A stretch of 33,920 nt of DNA from Vulcanimicrobiota bacterium (GCA_003135555.1 PLCF01000081.1:1-33920); one strand, 5' to 3'. Shown: positions 1-8,136, numbered from the stretch's first letter. Numbers and translations are program-made. Notes: generated by a model not told the origin, from the sequence alone.

Positions 1-43
1 AGAAGCCACCAGCCTGAACAACACCGTCGTGATCAACAGCTAA
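1..43 (+). CDS. 3' end of an unidentified CDS (partial)
   Basis: Frame 2 reads EATSLNNTVVINS* with coding-like codons up to TAA at 41-43. Confidence 0.35.
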   Translation, partial: EATSLNNTVVINS

Positions 44-173
44 ATTTCGCTAAGTGTGCTGCCGCACAGTTCCGCTGCGATCGTGAGCGCATCATGGAAA
101 CTTATGGCGGACACTTTTATACGCCATACACGTCGACGTTCGATACCTAACTTATTTTCAATGGAGGAGCACC

Positions 174-386
174 ATGTCGCATACCAAACACGGAGCAAAA
201 GGACCGCATAAACAAGCTGCCATCGATCGCAAGGCAGCCGGGCATCATGATCAGGTTGCTGTTGCTGCCTATTTTCATGCCGAACATCGAGGCTTCAATG
301 GTGGTGATCCTATGGCGGACTGGCTGGCTGCCGAGATTGAAATCGATGCTGCGCTCAATAAGGGTGAAGACGCCAGCATCCACTAG
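174..386 (+). CDS. DUF2934 domain-containing small protein
   Basis: Motif VAVAAYFHAEHRGF...DPMADWLAAEIEI typical of DUF2934; GGAGGAG SD just upstream. Confidence 0.85.
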   Translation: MSHTKHGAKGPHKQAAIDRKAAGHHDQVAVAAYFHAEHRGFNGGDPMADWLAAEIEIDAALNKGEDASIH

Positions 387-489
387 CGTGCCATCCTTGC
401 GTTGCGGCATCAGCGGGAATAGGATTATCTTCGGCGAAGGAATAATTCGAGCCTAGCCTCTTTAGGAAGCTATGTATAAGCACAGAATA

Positions 490-575
490 CGGTTCGATAC
501 ATTTTGCGTTCCGCGAAACTTCGATCCCCGTTTGTCCTGAGTGCCGCAACGCAGTGTGTCGAAGGGTCAAACGGA
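490..575. repeat. REP-like mini palindromic element (TTCGA...CCGTTTGTCCTGAG...GTCGAAGG class)
   Basis: CCGTTTGTCCTGAG...GTCGAAGGGTCAAACGG: CCGTTTG/CAAACGG inverted arms plus TTCGA/TCGAA motifs in an intergenic region. Confidence 0.55.
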
Positions 576-579
576 AAAT

Positions 580-639
580 ACTGATAAAACCACCAGTCAT
601 CTGGCTAAGCCGCTAAAGCAGCAAGTCGGTGGTTATCAT
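580..639 (+). repeat. Palindromic peptide-encodable repeat, single copy (TDKTTSHLAKPLKQQVGGY)
   Basis: TGATAAAACCACC...GGTGGTTATCA inverted ends; similar to the minus-strand copies at 6486-6671. Confidence 0.7.
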
Positions 640-774
640 CGCGAACGGTATTTATGTAGAGCTTCCTTTAATCATCCACCGATTCACAACCCCAGCCTGC
701 GCAATTAATTTGTATTCGAGCCTGAGCTATTTATTTCCAGCTCAACAGCCAATGGAAATCAGGGTGAATCATAA

Positions 775-792
775 TTTGAATATACATTCAAA
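775..792. promoter_or_regulatory. Perfect 7-4-7 inverted repeat, possible transcription factor site
   Basis: TTTGAAT-ATAC-ATTCAAA in an AT-rich region ~145 bp upstream of the OmpA/MotB gene. Confidence 0.3.
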
Positions 793-936
793 AGATGCTT
801 GAATACGTTTGCACACCGGTGATTAAATATCTCATCATTTGTATTTAAGCTGAGTAACCAAATCAACAAATGAAAACCGGGAATGTCATGGATCAATCCA
901 TGATAATCTACTGCAAGGACAACGGAGGAAATAAAC

Positions 937-1689
937 ATGACCAGGAAAATTCACATCGGTATTGCCGTTCTCGCGACGGCATTCATCGCGAGCGGTTGCG
1001 TCAGCACCGGCACGTTTGAAAAGATGGAAGCAGGGAAGAATGAAGAGATCAAGTCTCTGCAGCAACAGAAGACCGCAGTGGAGCAGGACAACACCGCATT
1101 GAAGCAACAGATTGCGTCTCATGAGCAGCAGAACACGGCCATGCAGCAGCAGGTCGGTTCCCTGGAGCAACAGAAGGCTGCTTTGCTCACAGCCAGCCAG
1201 CAGCGGCAGCAGCAGTACGATGCGCTGGTGCAGGGCCTGTCGAAGGAAGTCGAGAAGGGCCAGCTCCAGGTGCGGCAGTACAAGGACATGCTGGCAGTGG
1301 ATCTGGCGGAACAGATATTCTTCGATTCAGGCAAGGCGACGCTGAAGGAGGGCGGCAAGGATGTATTGAAAAAGGTCGGCGAGGCACTGAAAGGGTATGA
1401 GAACAAAGTCATCCGGGTCGTAGGCCATACGGACAACGTGCCGCTGGCCAAGTCCCTGCAGGGTACGTTCCCGACGAACTGGGAGCTTTCGGTCGCGCGG
1501 GCGACCAACGTGGTCCGCTTTCTGCAGGAAGTCGGTATACCTCCCGAGCGCATGGTGCCGTCTGGGCGGAGCGAATACGATCCCGTGGCCACGAACGACA
1601 CGCCGGAAGGACGCAAGAAGAACCGCCGCATCGAGATCATGCTGATCGACAAGAGCTTGGAGAGCGAAATGACCAGGCCGGCCAACTGA
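937..1689 (+). CDS. OmpA/MotB family lipoprotein with coiled-coil region
   Basis: Lipobox-like IASGC, Q-rich coiled coil, C-terminal OmpA-like motifs GHTDNVP, NWELSVARA, NRRIEI; GGAGG SD. Confidence 0.9.
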   Translation: MTRKIHIGIAVLATAFIASGCVSTGTFEKMEAGKNEEIKSLQQQKTAVEQDNTALKQQIASHEQQNTAMQQQVGSLEQQKAALLTASQQRQQQYDALVQGLSKEVEKGQLQVRQYKDMLAVDLAEQIFFDSGKATLKEGGKDVLKKVGEALKGYENKVIRVVGHTDNVPLAKSLQGTFPTNWELSVARATNVVRFLQEVGIPPERMVPSGRSEYDPVATNDTPEGRKKNRRIEIMLIDKSLESEMTRPAN

Positions 1690-1750
1690 TGCCCGTATCC
1701 GCAGCGGGTTCATGAGCAGGCATTGACGTAGCGTGTAGCGCGAGATGATA

Positions 1751-1784
1751 TGGGGCCTACGTCCCCGTATCACTCGTATCACTC
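1751..1784. repeat. Junction motif variant with 9-bp tandem duplication
   Basis: TGGGGCCTACGTCCCC mini-palindrome followed by CGTATCACT x2 (1766-1774, 1775-1783). Confidence 0.5.
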
Positions 1785-1867
1785 ATAGCAGGGTTAACAG
1801 CGCACCACGAATTCCTCAAAAGCTTGCAACAACGATCATAAACTGGAGATGCCCAAGCGGTTGGGCA

Positions 1868-2083
1868 CTACAAATTATCCTGATGAATCACATGCAAGCC
1901 CGTAACATCCGCTCTGAACACCAAGGCCTCCCGTTTCGTTAATACCCGTTTTAATTTTACGTCGAAGCACACAAGTTTCTTGGTTTCCTTGTTCACCATA
2001 CAAAGCACCCGATCTCCCTCCGGATTCTTGAATTGTGTATAGAGATGCTCCCAGCATCCTTCTGCCCTATCAAATATATCCAT
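1868..2083 (-). CDS. Small hypothetical protein (71 aa)
   Basis: ATG at 2083 preceded by AAGGAG SD; hairpin TGCCCAA-GCGG-TTGGGCA right after the stop. Confidence 0.6.
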   Translation of the reverse strand: MDIFDRAEGCWEHLYTQFKNPEGDRVLCMVNKETKKLVCFDVKLKRVLTKREALVFRADVTGLHVIHQDNL

Positions 2084-2260
2084 GAACCACTCCTTCCGCT
2101 TAATGAAGACCTGCACCAGCAACGTGTGGAGAAATTAGCAGAAAGTATTCACATCCCCAAACCCATTCAGCGTTTTTGCGGATTCGGGGATGATTGGTGC
2201 AAAAACAAGTATGAACGGTATGAAAAAAGGAACAGAAGGCTGAGCGGGTTGGCACTAAAG

Positions 2261-2298
2261 CCGCTCAATTACTGCAAATTATTTGAACGGACCCCTTT
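2261..2298. repeat. Junction motif (GAACGGACCCCTTT) with degenerate left arm
   Basis: CCGCTCAATTA...TATTTGAACGG inverted pair followed by ACCCCTTT, 28 bp past the methyltransferase stop. Confidence 0.6.
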
Positions 2299-2326
2299 GG
2301 CCATTCAGGCAGCACAGATACCGCTG

Positions 2327-3133
2327 TCAGACCTTGATGGCCCGTGTCAGCAGGTACTCGTGACGGACAACATTGTCATGCAGATATTCGCTCAACATTT
2401 CTTCCATTTCATTCCGCCACGATTCGAGTCTTGCGGGGTCATGCTGCAAAGCCTTCACAGTCTGGATGAAAGGGCCCGTCTTGGCTTCCAGGAACAGGCG
2501 CAAATGCCGGGGGCTGAGCGACGGGATACCCATGATGCCCCGCTCGGAGTGCAGGCGTTTCACGCCGTCCCCCAGCCGTTGCCGCACGATAGCGACATCG
2601 CCCCACTGCACCGGCGAAGCAACGCCCGGCGGCGGCGGGACATACTTGGCGTTCAGGCTGAACATGCGGCCGATCAATTGCTCGCCGGGCCAGGTGGCGA
2701 AGGCGATGATGCCGCCGGGTTTCAGGACGCGCAGCATCTCGCTCACCGCAACCTCGGGCCGTGGCGCGAACATATGTCCGAACTGGCTCAACACGACATC
2801 GAAGCAAGCATCCGGAAAAGGCAGCGCCTCGGCATCTCCTTCATGCCAGTCAATATCGTCATGACCGGCCACCGTGGCGCTTTCCCTCGCTTGTGCGAGA
2901 AGCGCAGGAGTCAGGTCAAGTCCGGTCACCCTGGCACCCACACGCCGCGCCGTGATCGCAACCACGCCGGTTCCCGTCCCCACATCCAGCACCACCTGTC
3001 CGCCCGTCACCCTGGCATAGCGAACCAGATGTCCGGCCACGGGAGTCGTGAAAACGGCCATGTCGCCGAAATTTCCCAGTGTCCAGGTTTCACGTTGTTT
3101 GGATTTGAATGCCTCAATAGGATCAGTGTTCAT
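2327..3133 (-). CDS. Class I SAM-dependent methyltransferase (UbiE-like)
   Basis: VLDVGTGTG SAM motif, GDAEALPFPDACFDVVLSQFG, RVLKPGG; GGAGG SD before ATG 3133. The longer ORF extension overlaps KTSC and was not used. Confidence 0.92.
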   Translation of the reverse strand: MNTDPIEAFKSKQRETWTLGNFGDMAVFTTPVAGHLVRYARVTGGQVVLDVGTGTGVVAITARRVGARVTGLDLTPALLAQARESATVAGHDDIDWHEGDAEALPFPDACFDVVLSQFGHMFAPRPEVAVSEMLRVLKPGGIIAFATWPGEQLIGRMFSLNAKYVPPPPGVASPVQWGDVAIVRQRLGDGVKRLHSERGIMGIPSLSPRHLRLFLEAKTGPFIQTVKALQHDPARLESWRNEMEEMLSEYLHDNVVRHEYLLTRAIKV

Positions 3134-3170
3134 GTTTACCTCCATGGAAGAACAAATTAACAAATCGGGC

Positions 3171-3434
3171 TCAAGGTTTCCGGAATAAATCGTCGAGCGG
3201 GTTCTTGCCTGCAGGGGCGCCTCCGGAAACACGCTTCGCTGCGAACTCCTCCTCGATGTTGTCGCGATAGTAGCTCCAGGCCGCCCCCGAGCTGCTGAGA
3301 CTGCGCCAGGTATCCTCGCCAACGCCGCCGTACTGCAGCGTGCTGCCGTCGTCGAGCTGAACCTGCAGCATCCGGGCACGGGCATCGTAGCCAATGGCGC
3401 GCAACCTGCCCGAATTGATCTTCTTCATTTCCAT
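3171..3434 (-). CDS. KTSC domain-containing protein
   Basis: SGRLRAIGYDARARMLQVQLDDGSTLQYGGV...SSGAAWSYYRDNIE matches the KTSC pattern. Confidence 0.9.
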   Translation of the reverse strand: MEMKKINSGRLRAIGYDARARMLQVQLDDGSTLQYGGVGEDTWRSLSSSGAAWSYYRDNIEEEFAAKRVSGGAPAGKNPLDDLFRKP

Positions 3435-3456
3435 GGTGGCATCCGGGAACTCTTTA

Positions 3457-3475
3457 GAGCCTGGCCCATTTGATT
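3457..3475. repeat. Junction motif GAGCCTGGCCCATTTGATT
   Basis: Near-identical to 4364-4382; lies between the hypothetical gene stop and the KTSC start. Confidence 0.7.
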
Positions 3476-3491
3476 ATTTAGTTTCGGCTTG

Positions 3492-4340
3492 TTACGGCTT
3501 GCACATCGTATTTACTTCTTCCAATGCATTTTTCAGTCTTGCTGCATCGTCTAATGAATTGACGATGAGAAGTATCCTGATCTTATCCGTGGCCACAGTG
3601 CCCCAACCAGTATCTTTCGTATATCCATACTCATCCGCTATCCACAAATCGTCGCGAGGCGTATCCCAGTATGCAGACGGCCCATGTGATGTGTATTTTG
3701 CATAGCCATCATTTCTTAGATTAAGCACCGATATGGAAATATTATTGCCGCCCTTGCTCTTGCGCTCCTCAAAATAGACAGCCGCCGCACTAAAATCGCC
3801 CCCTTTAGAAGTTATTTTTCCCAATACACCGAATTCTTCCCGATTGATATTCTGGAAATCAATAACAGAGTTGATCTTGAAATCCTTCCACACTGAAAAG
3901 AGATTGCCGTTTTGGATGTGTAAATTCTCGTCAACAACCAATCGGCATCCGTCAAATTTTGCAGTCCTTGCTATGCCTTCAGGGTTTCTATTCAATGGGG
4001 TCGTTGTTTCAACAGGCTTAGCCAATAAATCAACGATCCATTTCTGGGTTTCTTCGAGCTTTGAACGGCTTGTAGCATCACTGGGGGGCGGCTGATTCCC
4101 GACTGTATTTCCATCAACTGGCTTGAGCACAACTCCTGAAGCCGAAGAAGTTGGAGAAGTTGGAGAAGCCGCTTCGTTTACGGGTGCGCCCCCTTCCATC
4201 TTGCAAGCATCGGCAGGAAGTTGAACTACTGTCCCACCCTTGAGCCTGCAATCGATCGCCATATCCGCTGCATGGCCGACGCCGAGCGGCGCGAGGGCAA
4301 GCAATATCAAGATAGCGGGGCGCAACATTTTCGTTAACAT
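3492..4340 (-). CDS. Hypothetical exported protein
   Basis: AAGGAG SD before ATG 4340; signal peptide PAILILLALAPLGVGHA; Cys pair near the N-terminus; visibly more AT-rich than the flanking KTSC copies. Confidence 0.8.
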   Translation of the reverse strand: MLTKMLRPAILILLALAPLGVGHAADMAIDCRLKGGTVVQLPADACKMEGGAPVNEAASPTSPTSSASGVVLKPVDGNTVGNQPPPSDATSRSKLEETQKWIVDLLAKPVETTTPLNRNPEGIARTAKFDGCRLVVDENLHIQNGNLFSVWKDFKINSVIDFQNINREEFGVLGKITSKGGDFSAAAVYFEERKSKGGNNISISVLNLRNDGYAKYTSHGPSAYWDTPRDDLWIADEYGYTKDTGWGTVATDKIRILLIVNSLDDAARLKNALEEVNTMCKP

Positions 4341-4363
4341 GCTTGATCTCCTTGAGTTGTTTT

Positions 4364-4382
4364 GAGTCTGGCCCCATTGATT
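4364..4382. repeat. Junction motif GAGTCTGGCCCCATTGATT
   Basis: Abuts the truncation point of the second KTSC copy. Confidence 0.75.
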
Positions 4383-4540
4383 CATGCCGCCCCCGAGCTG
4401 CTGAGACTGCGCCAGGTACCCTCGCCAACGCCGCCGTACTGCAGCGTGCTGCCGTCATCGAGCTGGACCTGCAGCATCCGGGCACGCGCATCGTAGCCAA
4501 TGGCGCGCAACTTGCCCGAATTGATCTTCTTCATTTCCAT
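4382..4540 (-). pseudogene. 3'-truncated KTSC gene copy
   Basis: 4386-4550 matches 3280-3444 with 5 mismatches in 165 bp; ends at SSGAA* and lacks the last ~35 codons. Confidence 0.85.
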
Positions 4541-4764
4541 GGTGGCATCCTGAATAGCGGTCATTCAAAATCATGGCTATCTTAAACCAAGAATAAAATC
4601 CATCATCCATTTTTCTGCATTGCCAGATTTCAAGGCGTCAGTGGTAAGCGTCAGCTTATCGCCAAATAACGATCGAAACTATTTTCAGAAAATGTGCTAC
4701 ATTTTCAACAGGAATGAAATTGATACTCAAGAGTCATATTAAATTAATAAGGTATTAGTCAATC

Positions 4765-5802
4765 ATGAAAAGAATCAGAGCAAAATCTCCCCGTGCAGAG
4801 CAGGCTTACACACTGGTGTGTGATCTACAGCAACGCTTTGTGACCAAGCTGAACACGATCAGCAAAAAATACGGTCGCGGCAAACCTTATGTGCCCACTG
4901 AATGGTTTCGTGATGAAGGCAAGCATGGCGGTGGCGTTCGATTCATGGCGACAGACGAGTCGCTATTCAATCGCGCATCGGTCAATACCTCCCAGGTTCA
5001 ATATGACGCTGATGATACAAAACAATTGGCATCCGCTTCCGCCATCTCGACGATCATTCATCCCAAAAACCCGCTGTCGCCATCGGTACACATCCATATC
5101 AGCTGGACAGAATTGAAAAATGGCAGCGGTTACTGGCGTGTCATGGCAGATCTCAATCCCGCCATTGAAAATAATGAAGACAAAGCCGAGTTCGCAAAAA
5201 AACTGAAGCAAGCAGCACCACAACAATATGCCGAAGCTGCGGCGCAGGGTGACTGGTATTTTTATATTCCCGCGTTAGGGCGCCATCGGGGCATCACGCA
5301 TTTCTACCTGGAAAATTATTCCAGCGGAAATTTTGATGCTGATCTGAAAATGGCCAGGACGGTGGGTGAAGCTGCAATCGATACTTACTGCGACATTCTG
5401 GCATCGGCAATCGAGAAACGTACTTCACCAACTGAAGCCGATTACAAAAAGCAGCTGGACTACCACACGCTCTACTTCTTCCAGGTCTTGACGCTTGATA
5501 GGGGCACCACATCGGGTTTGCTGGTTCACAACCAGAATGACGTTGGCATCCTGGCTTCGCTGCCCTCGCACATCAACCGGCCTTTGCTGGCCTCATGGAA
5601 ACAAAAGATGGCAGCGCCCCAGGATATGCTGCTGGAAAAGATGATCGCTTGCCTTACAAACGAAGAGGTGTGTCCTGTAGAAGACGATACCAAACAGGCA
5701 TTGGCCAATTGCGTGAGAAAGCACTATCAGACACATCCCGAGGCGATCGATATGCAAGCCAGCGGCAACACTGTACCTCCTACCGTAAATAATCATATTT
5801 AA
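4765..5802 (+). CDS. hemF: Oxygen-dependent coproporphyrinogen III oxidase-like protein (HemF family, divergent)
   Basis: W-x-R...GGG, FNRASVNTSQV, ISTIIHPKNPLSPSVH, ADLNP, YFYIP, LTLDRGTTSGL, ILASLP motifs. Confidence 0.8.
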   Translation: MKRIRAKSPRAEQAYTLVCDLQQRFVTKLNTISKKYGRGKPYVPTEWFRDEGKHGGGVRFMATDESLFNRASVNTSQVQYDADDTKQLASASAISTIIHPKNPLSPSVHIHISWTELKNGSGYWRVMADLNPAIENNEDKAEFAKKLKQAAPQQYAEAAAQGDWYFYIPALGRHRGITHFYLENYSSGNFDADLKMARTVGEAAIDTYCDILASAIEKRTSPTEADYKKQLDYHTLYFFQVLTLDRGTTSGLLVHNQNDVGILASLPSHINRPLLASWKQKMAAPQDMLLEKMIACLTNEEVCPVEDDTKQALANCVRKHYQTHPEAIDMQASGNTVPPTVNNHI

Positions 5803-5825
5803 TCTATAGATTAACGGGTAACCGT

Positions 5826-5846
5826 TCGGGCGTGAATTGCGCCCGA
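5826..5846. repeat. REP-like hairpin
   Basis: TCGGGCG-TGAATTG-CGCCCGA perfect 7-bp inverted repeat after the hemF stop. Confidence 0.5.
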
Positions 5847-5869
5847 TTCAATGCCTGCATTCAAAAACG

Positions 5870-5897
5870 TAAATAGCCGGAACGCTCCGGCTATTTA
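5870..5897. terminator. Probable bidirectional terminator
   Basis: Perfect 12-bp inverted repeat TAAATAGCCGGA-ACGC-TCCGGCTATTTA between convergent genes. Confidence 0.65.
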
Positions 5898-5904
5898 GAA
5901 GGTT

Positions 5905-5962
5905 GGGGGCAAGTCTACAAAGGTTGCGTATTGCGGTGTGCCACTAAGCTAGACCCGACCCC
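5905..5962. repeat. Two-armed form of the junction motif
   Basis: GGGGGCAAGTCTA (5905-5917) ... TAGACCCGACCCC (5950-5962), imperfect inverted pair with a 32-bp spacer. Confidence 0.7.
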
Positions 5963-6255
5963 GTGTTTTCTGCAAAGTCTTGAACAGCCTCCTCATCTCC
6001 GACTATCCACTCGCCATGCATTTTGATCTCTTCGTGCATCGCATCCGGTGCAAGGTCGAGATCACCCGGCCATGTGACTGCACCATCAACCACCGCAACC
6101 TCTCGAAATTTAGCCGGATCGTTCAGGTGCGAAAACACGCCAAGAAAAAAGTCTGGTGAAAAACGTACAACGCCTTCGATGCCATCGGTAAAGCGCACCC
6201 GAATAGCATGATCATCCAGAACATGAACCTCAGTGATTCTCCAGTAGGCCGCCAT
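5944..6255 (-). CDS. DUF2442 domain-containing protein
   Basis: IRVRFTDG...GVFSHLNDPAKFREV...GAVTWPGDLDLAPDAM pattern. Confidence 0.85.
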   Translation of the reverse strand: MAAYWRITEVHVLDDHAIRVRFTDGIEGVVRFSPDFFLGVFSHLNDPAKFREVAVVDGAVTWPGDLDLAPDAMHEEIKMHGEWIVGDEEAVQDFAENTGSGLA

Positions 6256-6261
6256 GATGCG

Positions 6262-6471
6262 CTACCGCTTATTTGCTTCATCTCGATTGAAGCGGAAGCC
6301 ACAAGTAGTGATGGTCGCGGCTTGGAACAAACGGGCGACTTCATCATTTCCCATCTGATCGAAATCGTCCGGGACTGTAAACTCGCCCTGCATGAAACCA
6401 AGGCGATGCGAAGTATCACACCGTGTTTCAGGATGGATGCTGCACAACTTCTGTTTGGTTGATTTGCTCAT
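6262..6471 (-). CDS. Antitoxin-like small ORF, probably a mosaic of fragments
   Basis: RLGFMQGEFTVPDDFD resembles Phd/DUF2281-type antitoxin C-termini; the FRFNRDEAN tail resembles another antitoxin C-terminus; GAGGAG SD. Confidence 0.55.
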   Translation of the reverse strand: MSKSTKQKLCSIHPETRCDTSHRLGFMQGEFTVPDDFDQMGNDEVARLFQAATITTCGFRFNRDEANKR

Positions 6472-6485
6472 CGTCTTTACTCCTC

Positions 6486-6671
6486 AGTGATATAACCAAT
6501 GACTTGCTGCGGCTTTTGCAGCTTAGTCAGATGGCTATAACCAACCACTTGGCAACTGTCTTGTGGTTGCTTATAACCAGCCACTTGGCTGCCGTCTTTT
6601 GGTAGCCTAGTGGAATGGCTAGTAGTTCCATCAGTGGGATGGCTAGTTGTTTCACCAGTAGTCTTATCAGT
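6486..6671 (-). repeat. Nested/tandem palindromic peptide-encodable repeats (TTSH x2, QVxGY x3)
   Basis: 36-bp and 24-bp period imperfect repeats; core hairpin at 6572-6623; related to 580-639. Confidence 0.75.
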
Positions 6672-6702
6672 CGCAGATTACCACGCGACTGGGCTGCCCA
6701 TC

Positions 6703-7035
6703 TCACCGCGCTAATCGACCGAGCAACACCGTCTGCAAATCGCGTCGGCTATCCAATACTGCCATAATTAAAACCTGCCGATTTTCAACGCGGTAAACGA
6801 TGCGCCAAGGCGCGCTGACGAGCTCTCTGTATTGCGAGATGCCGGTATGCAACAACTCAGGCACGATACGGCCGCGATTGGGCAATGTAACCAAGAGCGC
6901 GGCTTTGGTTTCCAACTTTTGCAAGATCGCCAGCGCATCGGCTATGCTGTCCTGAGCGATGTAATCTATGATCTCGGTCAAATCCTGTTGTGCCGTGTGA
7001 GTCCACAACACCTGATAGGACTTGGTTTCAGCCAC
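6703..7035 (-). CDS. Type II toxin, RelE/ParE family
   Basis: YQVLWTHTAQQDLTEIIDYIA...PNRGRIVPEL...YRELVSAPWRIVYRV...AVLDSRRDL; overlaps the antitoxin stop. Confidence 0.9.
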   Translation of the reverse strand: MAETKSYQVLWTHTAQQDLTEIIDYIAQDSIADALAILQKLETKAALLVTLPNRGRIVPELLHTGISQYRELVSAPWRIVYRVENRQVLIMAVLDSRRDLQTVLLGRLAR

Positions 7036-7309
7036 GTTGTTTTTTCTGCTTCAGCAAAGACGCGCGCATGGAATCGAACACTTTGCCCTGCGCTGTGACA
7101 CGGTTCTTTTGTGTATCAGCCTCGCCCTGAACCATCAGCTTCAACATCAAAAAAGCATCCTGCTGGGCGCGGTAGGTTGCATAGTCCTGCACCACCGCAC
7201 TCGCCGAACCGTTCTGCGTCAGAATGATATTCGCCCCACCGCGAGTCTCCTGTAACAAACGGCTCGCAGAAGTCTTGAAATCGGTCAGACTAATGATTTG
7301 CTCTTGCAT
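7028..7309 (-). CDS. Type II antitoxin, Phd/YefM family
   Basis: ISLTDFKTSASRLL...IILTQNG...AVVQD motif directly upstream of the toxin. Confidence 0.9.
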   Translation of the reverse strand: MQEQIISLTDFKTSASRLLQETRGGANIILTQNGSASAVVQDYATYRAQQDAFLMLKLMVQGEADTQKNRVTAQGKVFDSMRASLLKQKKQRG

Positions 7310-7368
7310 GACAGGTCACCGAATAAAGATTGAATACGGTCATTCTATCGGGAGAGGGGGAAAAGGCA

Positions 7369-7448
7369 AGTTGAATTTATTGCAATGGCGACGCGCTAGA
7401 AAAAATTCGACTCCGGTACCTTTAGCTACACACGGTACCTTTAGCTAC
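7369..7448. repeat. Junction motif variant with left arm and 16-bp duplication
   Basis: AGTTGAATTT / AAATTCGACT inverted pair, then GACTCCGGTACCTTTAGCT; CGGTACCTTTAGCTAC at 7414-7429 and 7433-7448. Confidence 0.7.
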
Positions 7449-7457
7449 GCAGGGAAA

Positions 7458-7486
7458 ACTATTGTGATGCTGACCCCATTAGCTCC
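7458..7486. repeat. Junction motif, direct repeat of 9031-9058
   Basis: ACTATTGTGATGCTGACCCCATTAGCTCC versus ACTATTGCGATGCTGACCC-ATTAGCTCC. Confidence 0.85.
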
Positions 7487-7536
7487 TCATAGTTACCTTC
7501 GAAGAACGGCCATTATTCCCATCGTCGCAAGTTGAC

Positions 7537-8022
7537 TCAATACCGCCCATTCGTCTTGTTGATGTAGTTGGTCAGTTGCTCGGTCTCCTGACTCATGCGT
7601 GCAAGGTTGGCGTGGGTTATGCGGAACAGTGCGCACATCACTTTGAAAGCCACGCGAGGGTGGTCGTCGAGTAATTTTTCCAAATCTTCCGGTGAGAGGG
7701 TATAGGCAGTCGTCGCACCTACGGCGCGCAGCGTCGCTCTGCGCGGGGTGTTTTTGACAAAAGCGCGGGTGCCTGCGCATTCGCCGACTTTCATGGTGTA
7801 GACCCTCTTTTCTTCGCCTTGCAAGTTCAGACTGGTGACGGTGAGTTGGCCCTCGGCGAGCAGAAACAGGGAACGGTAGATATCGCCTTCCTTGACCAGA
7901 AACTCGCCATCCTGAAAATGCCGTACGGCCATGCGAGCAGCCAGTTGACGGGCTTCTTCCTCGGTCAGTTCGCCTCCCAATGATGAATTACGAACAATTT
8001 TGTAATCTGTAGCATCGCTCAT
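7537..8022 (-). CDS. Stand-alone cyclic nucleotide-binding domain protein
   Basis: GEFLVKEGD...LFLLAEG...GECAG...PRRATLRA cNMP fold pattern with no C-terminal HTH; AAGGAG SD. Confidence 0.88.
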   Translation of the reverse strand: MSDATDYKIVRNSSLGGELTEEEARQLAARMAVRHFQDGEFLVKEGDIYRSLFLLAEGQLTVTSLNLQGEEKRVYTMKVGECAGTRAFVKNTPRRATLRAVGATTAYTLSPEDLEKLLDDHPRVAFKVMCALFRITHANLARMSQETEQLTNYINKTNGRY

Positions 8023-8136
8023 CGTTTAATCTCCTTGGTTAAATATTCAGTGTGCAAGATGATACCTCATAACCATGTTGGCAATGTTGCGGGGTATCCT
8101 TCATCAAGCCCCGCAAGGTTGATGGTTCAGTTTTGC

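Noticed and set aside
2033..3160. 375-aa plus-strand ORF
   Set aside because: Antisense shadow of the methyltransferase with no recognisable motifs.
4720..4740. FNR box upstream of hemF
   Set aside because: Only the TTGAT half-site is present; no ATCAA at the correct spacing.
6486..6671. CRISPR array
   Set aside because: Repeats are degenerate and contiguous, lack unique spacers of constant length, and there are no cas genes.
7537..8022. cNMP-binding protein as a CBASS/Pycsar-type effector
   Set aside because: No cyclase nearby and no effector or transmembrane domain; it looks like an ordinary stand-alone cNMP-binding protein.
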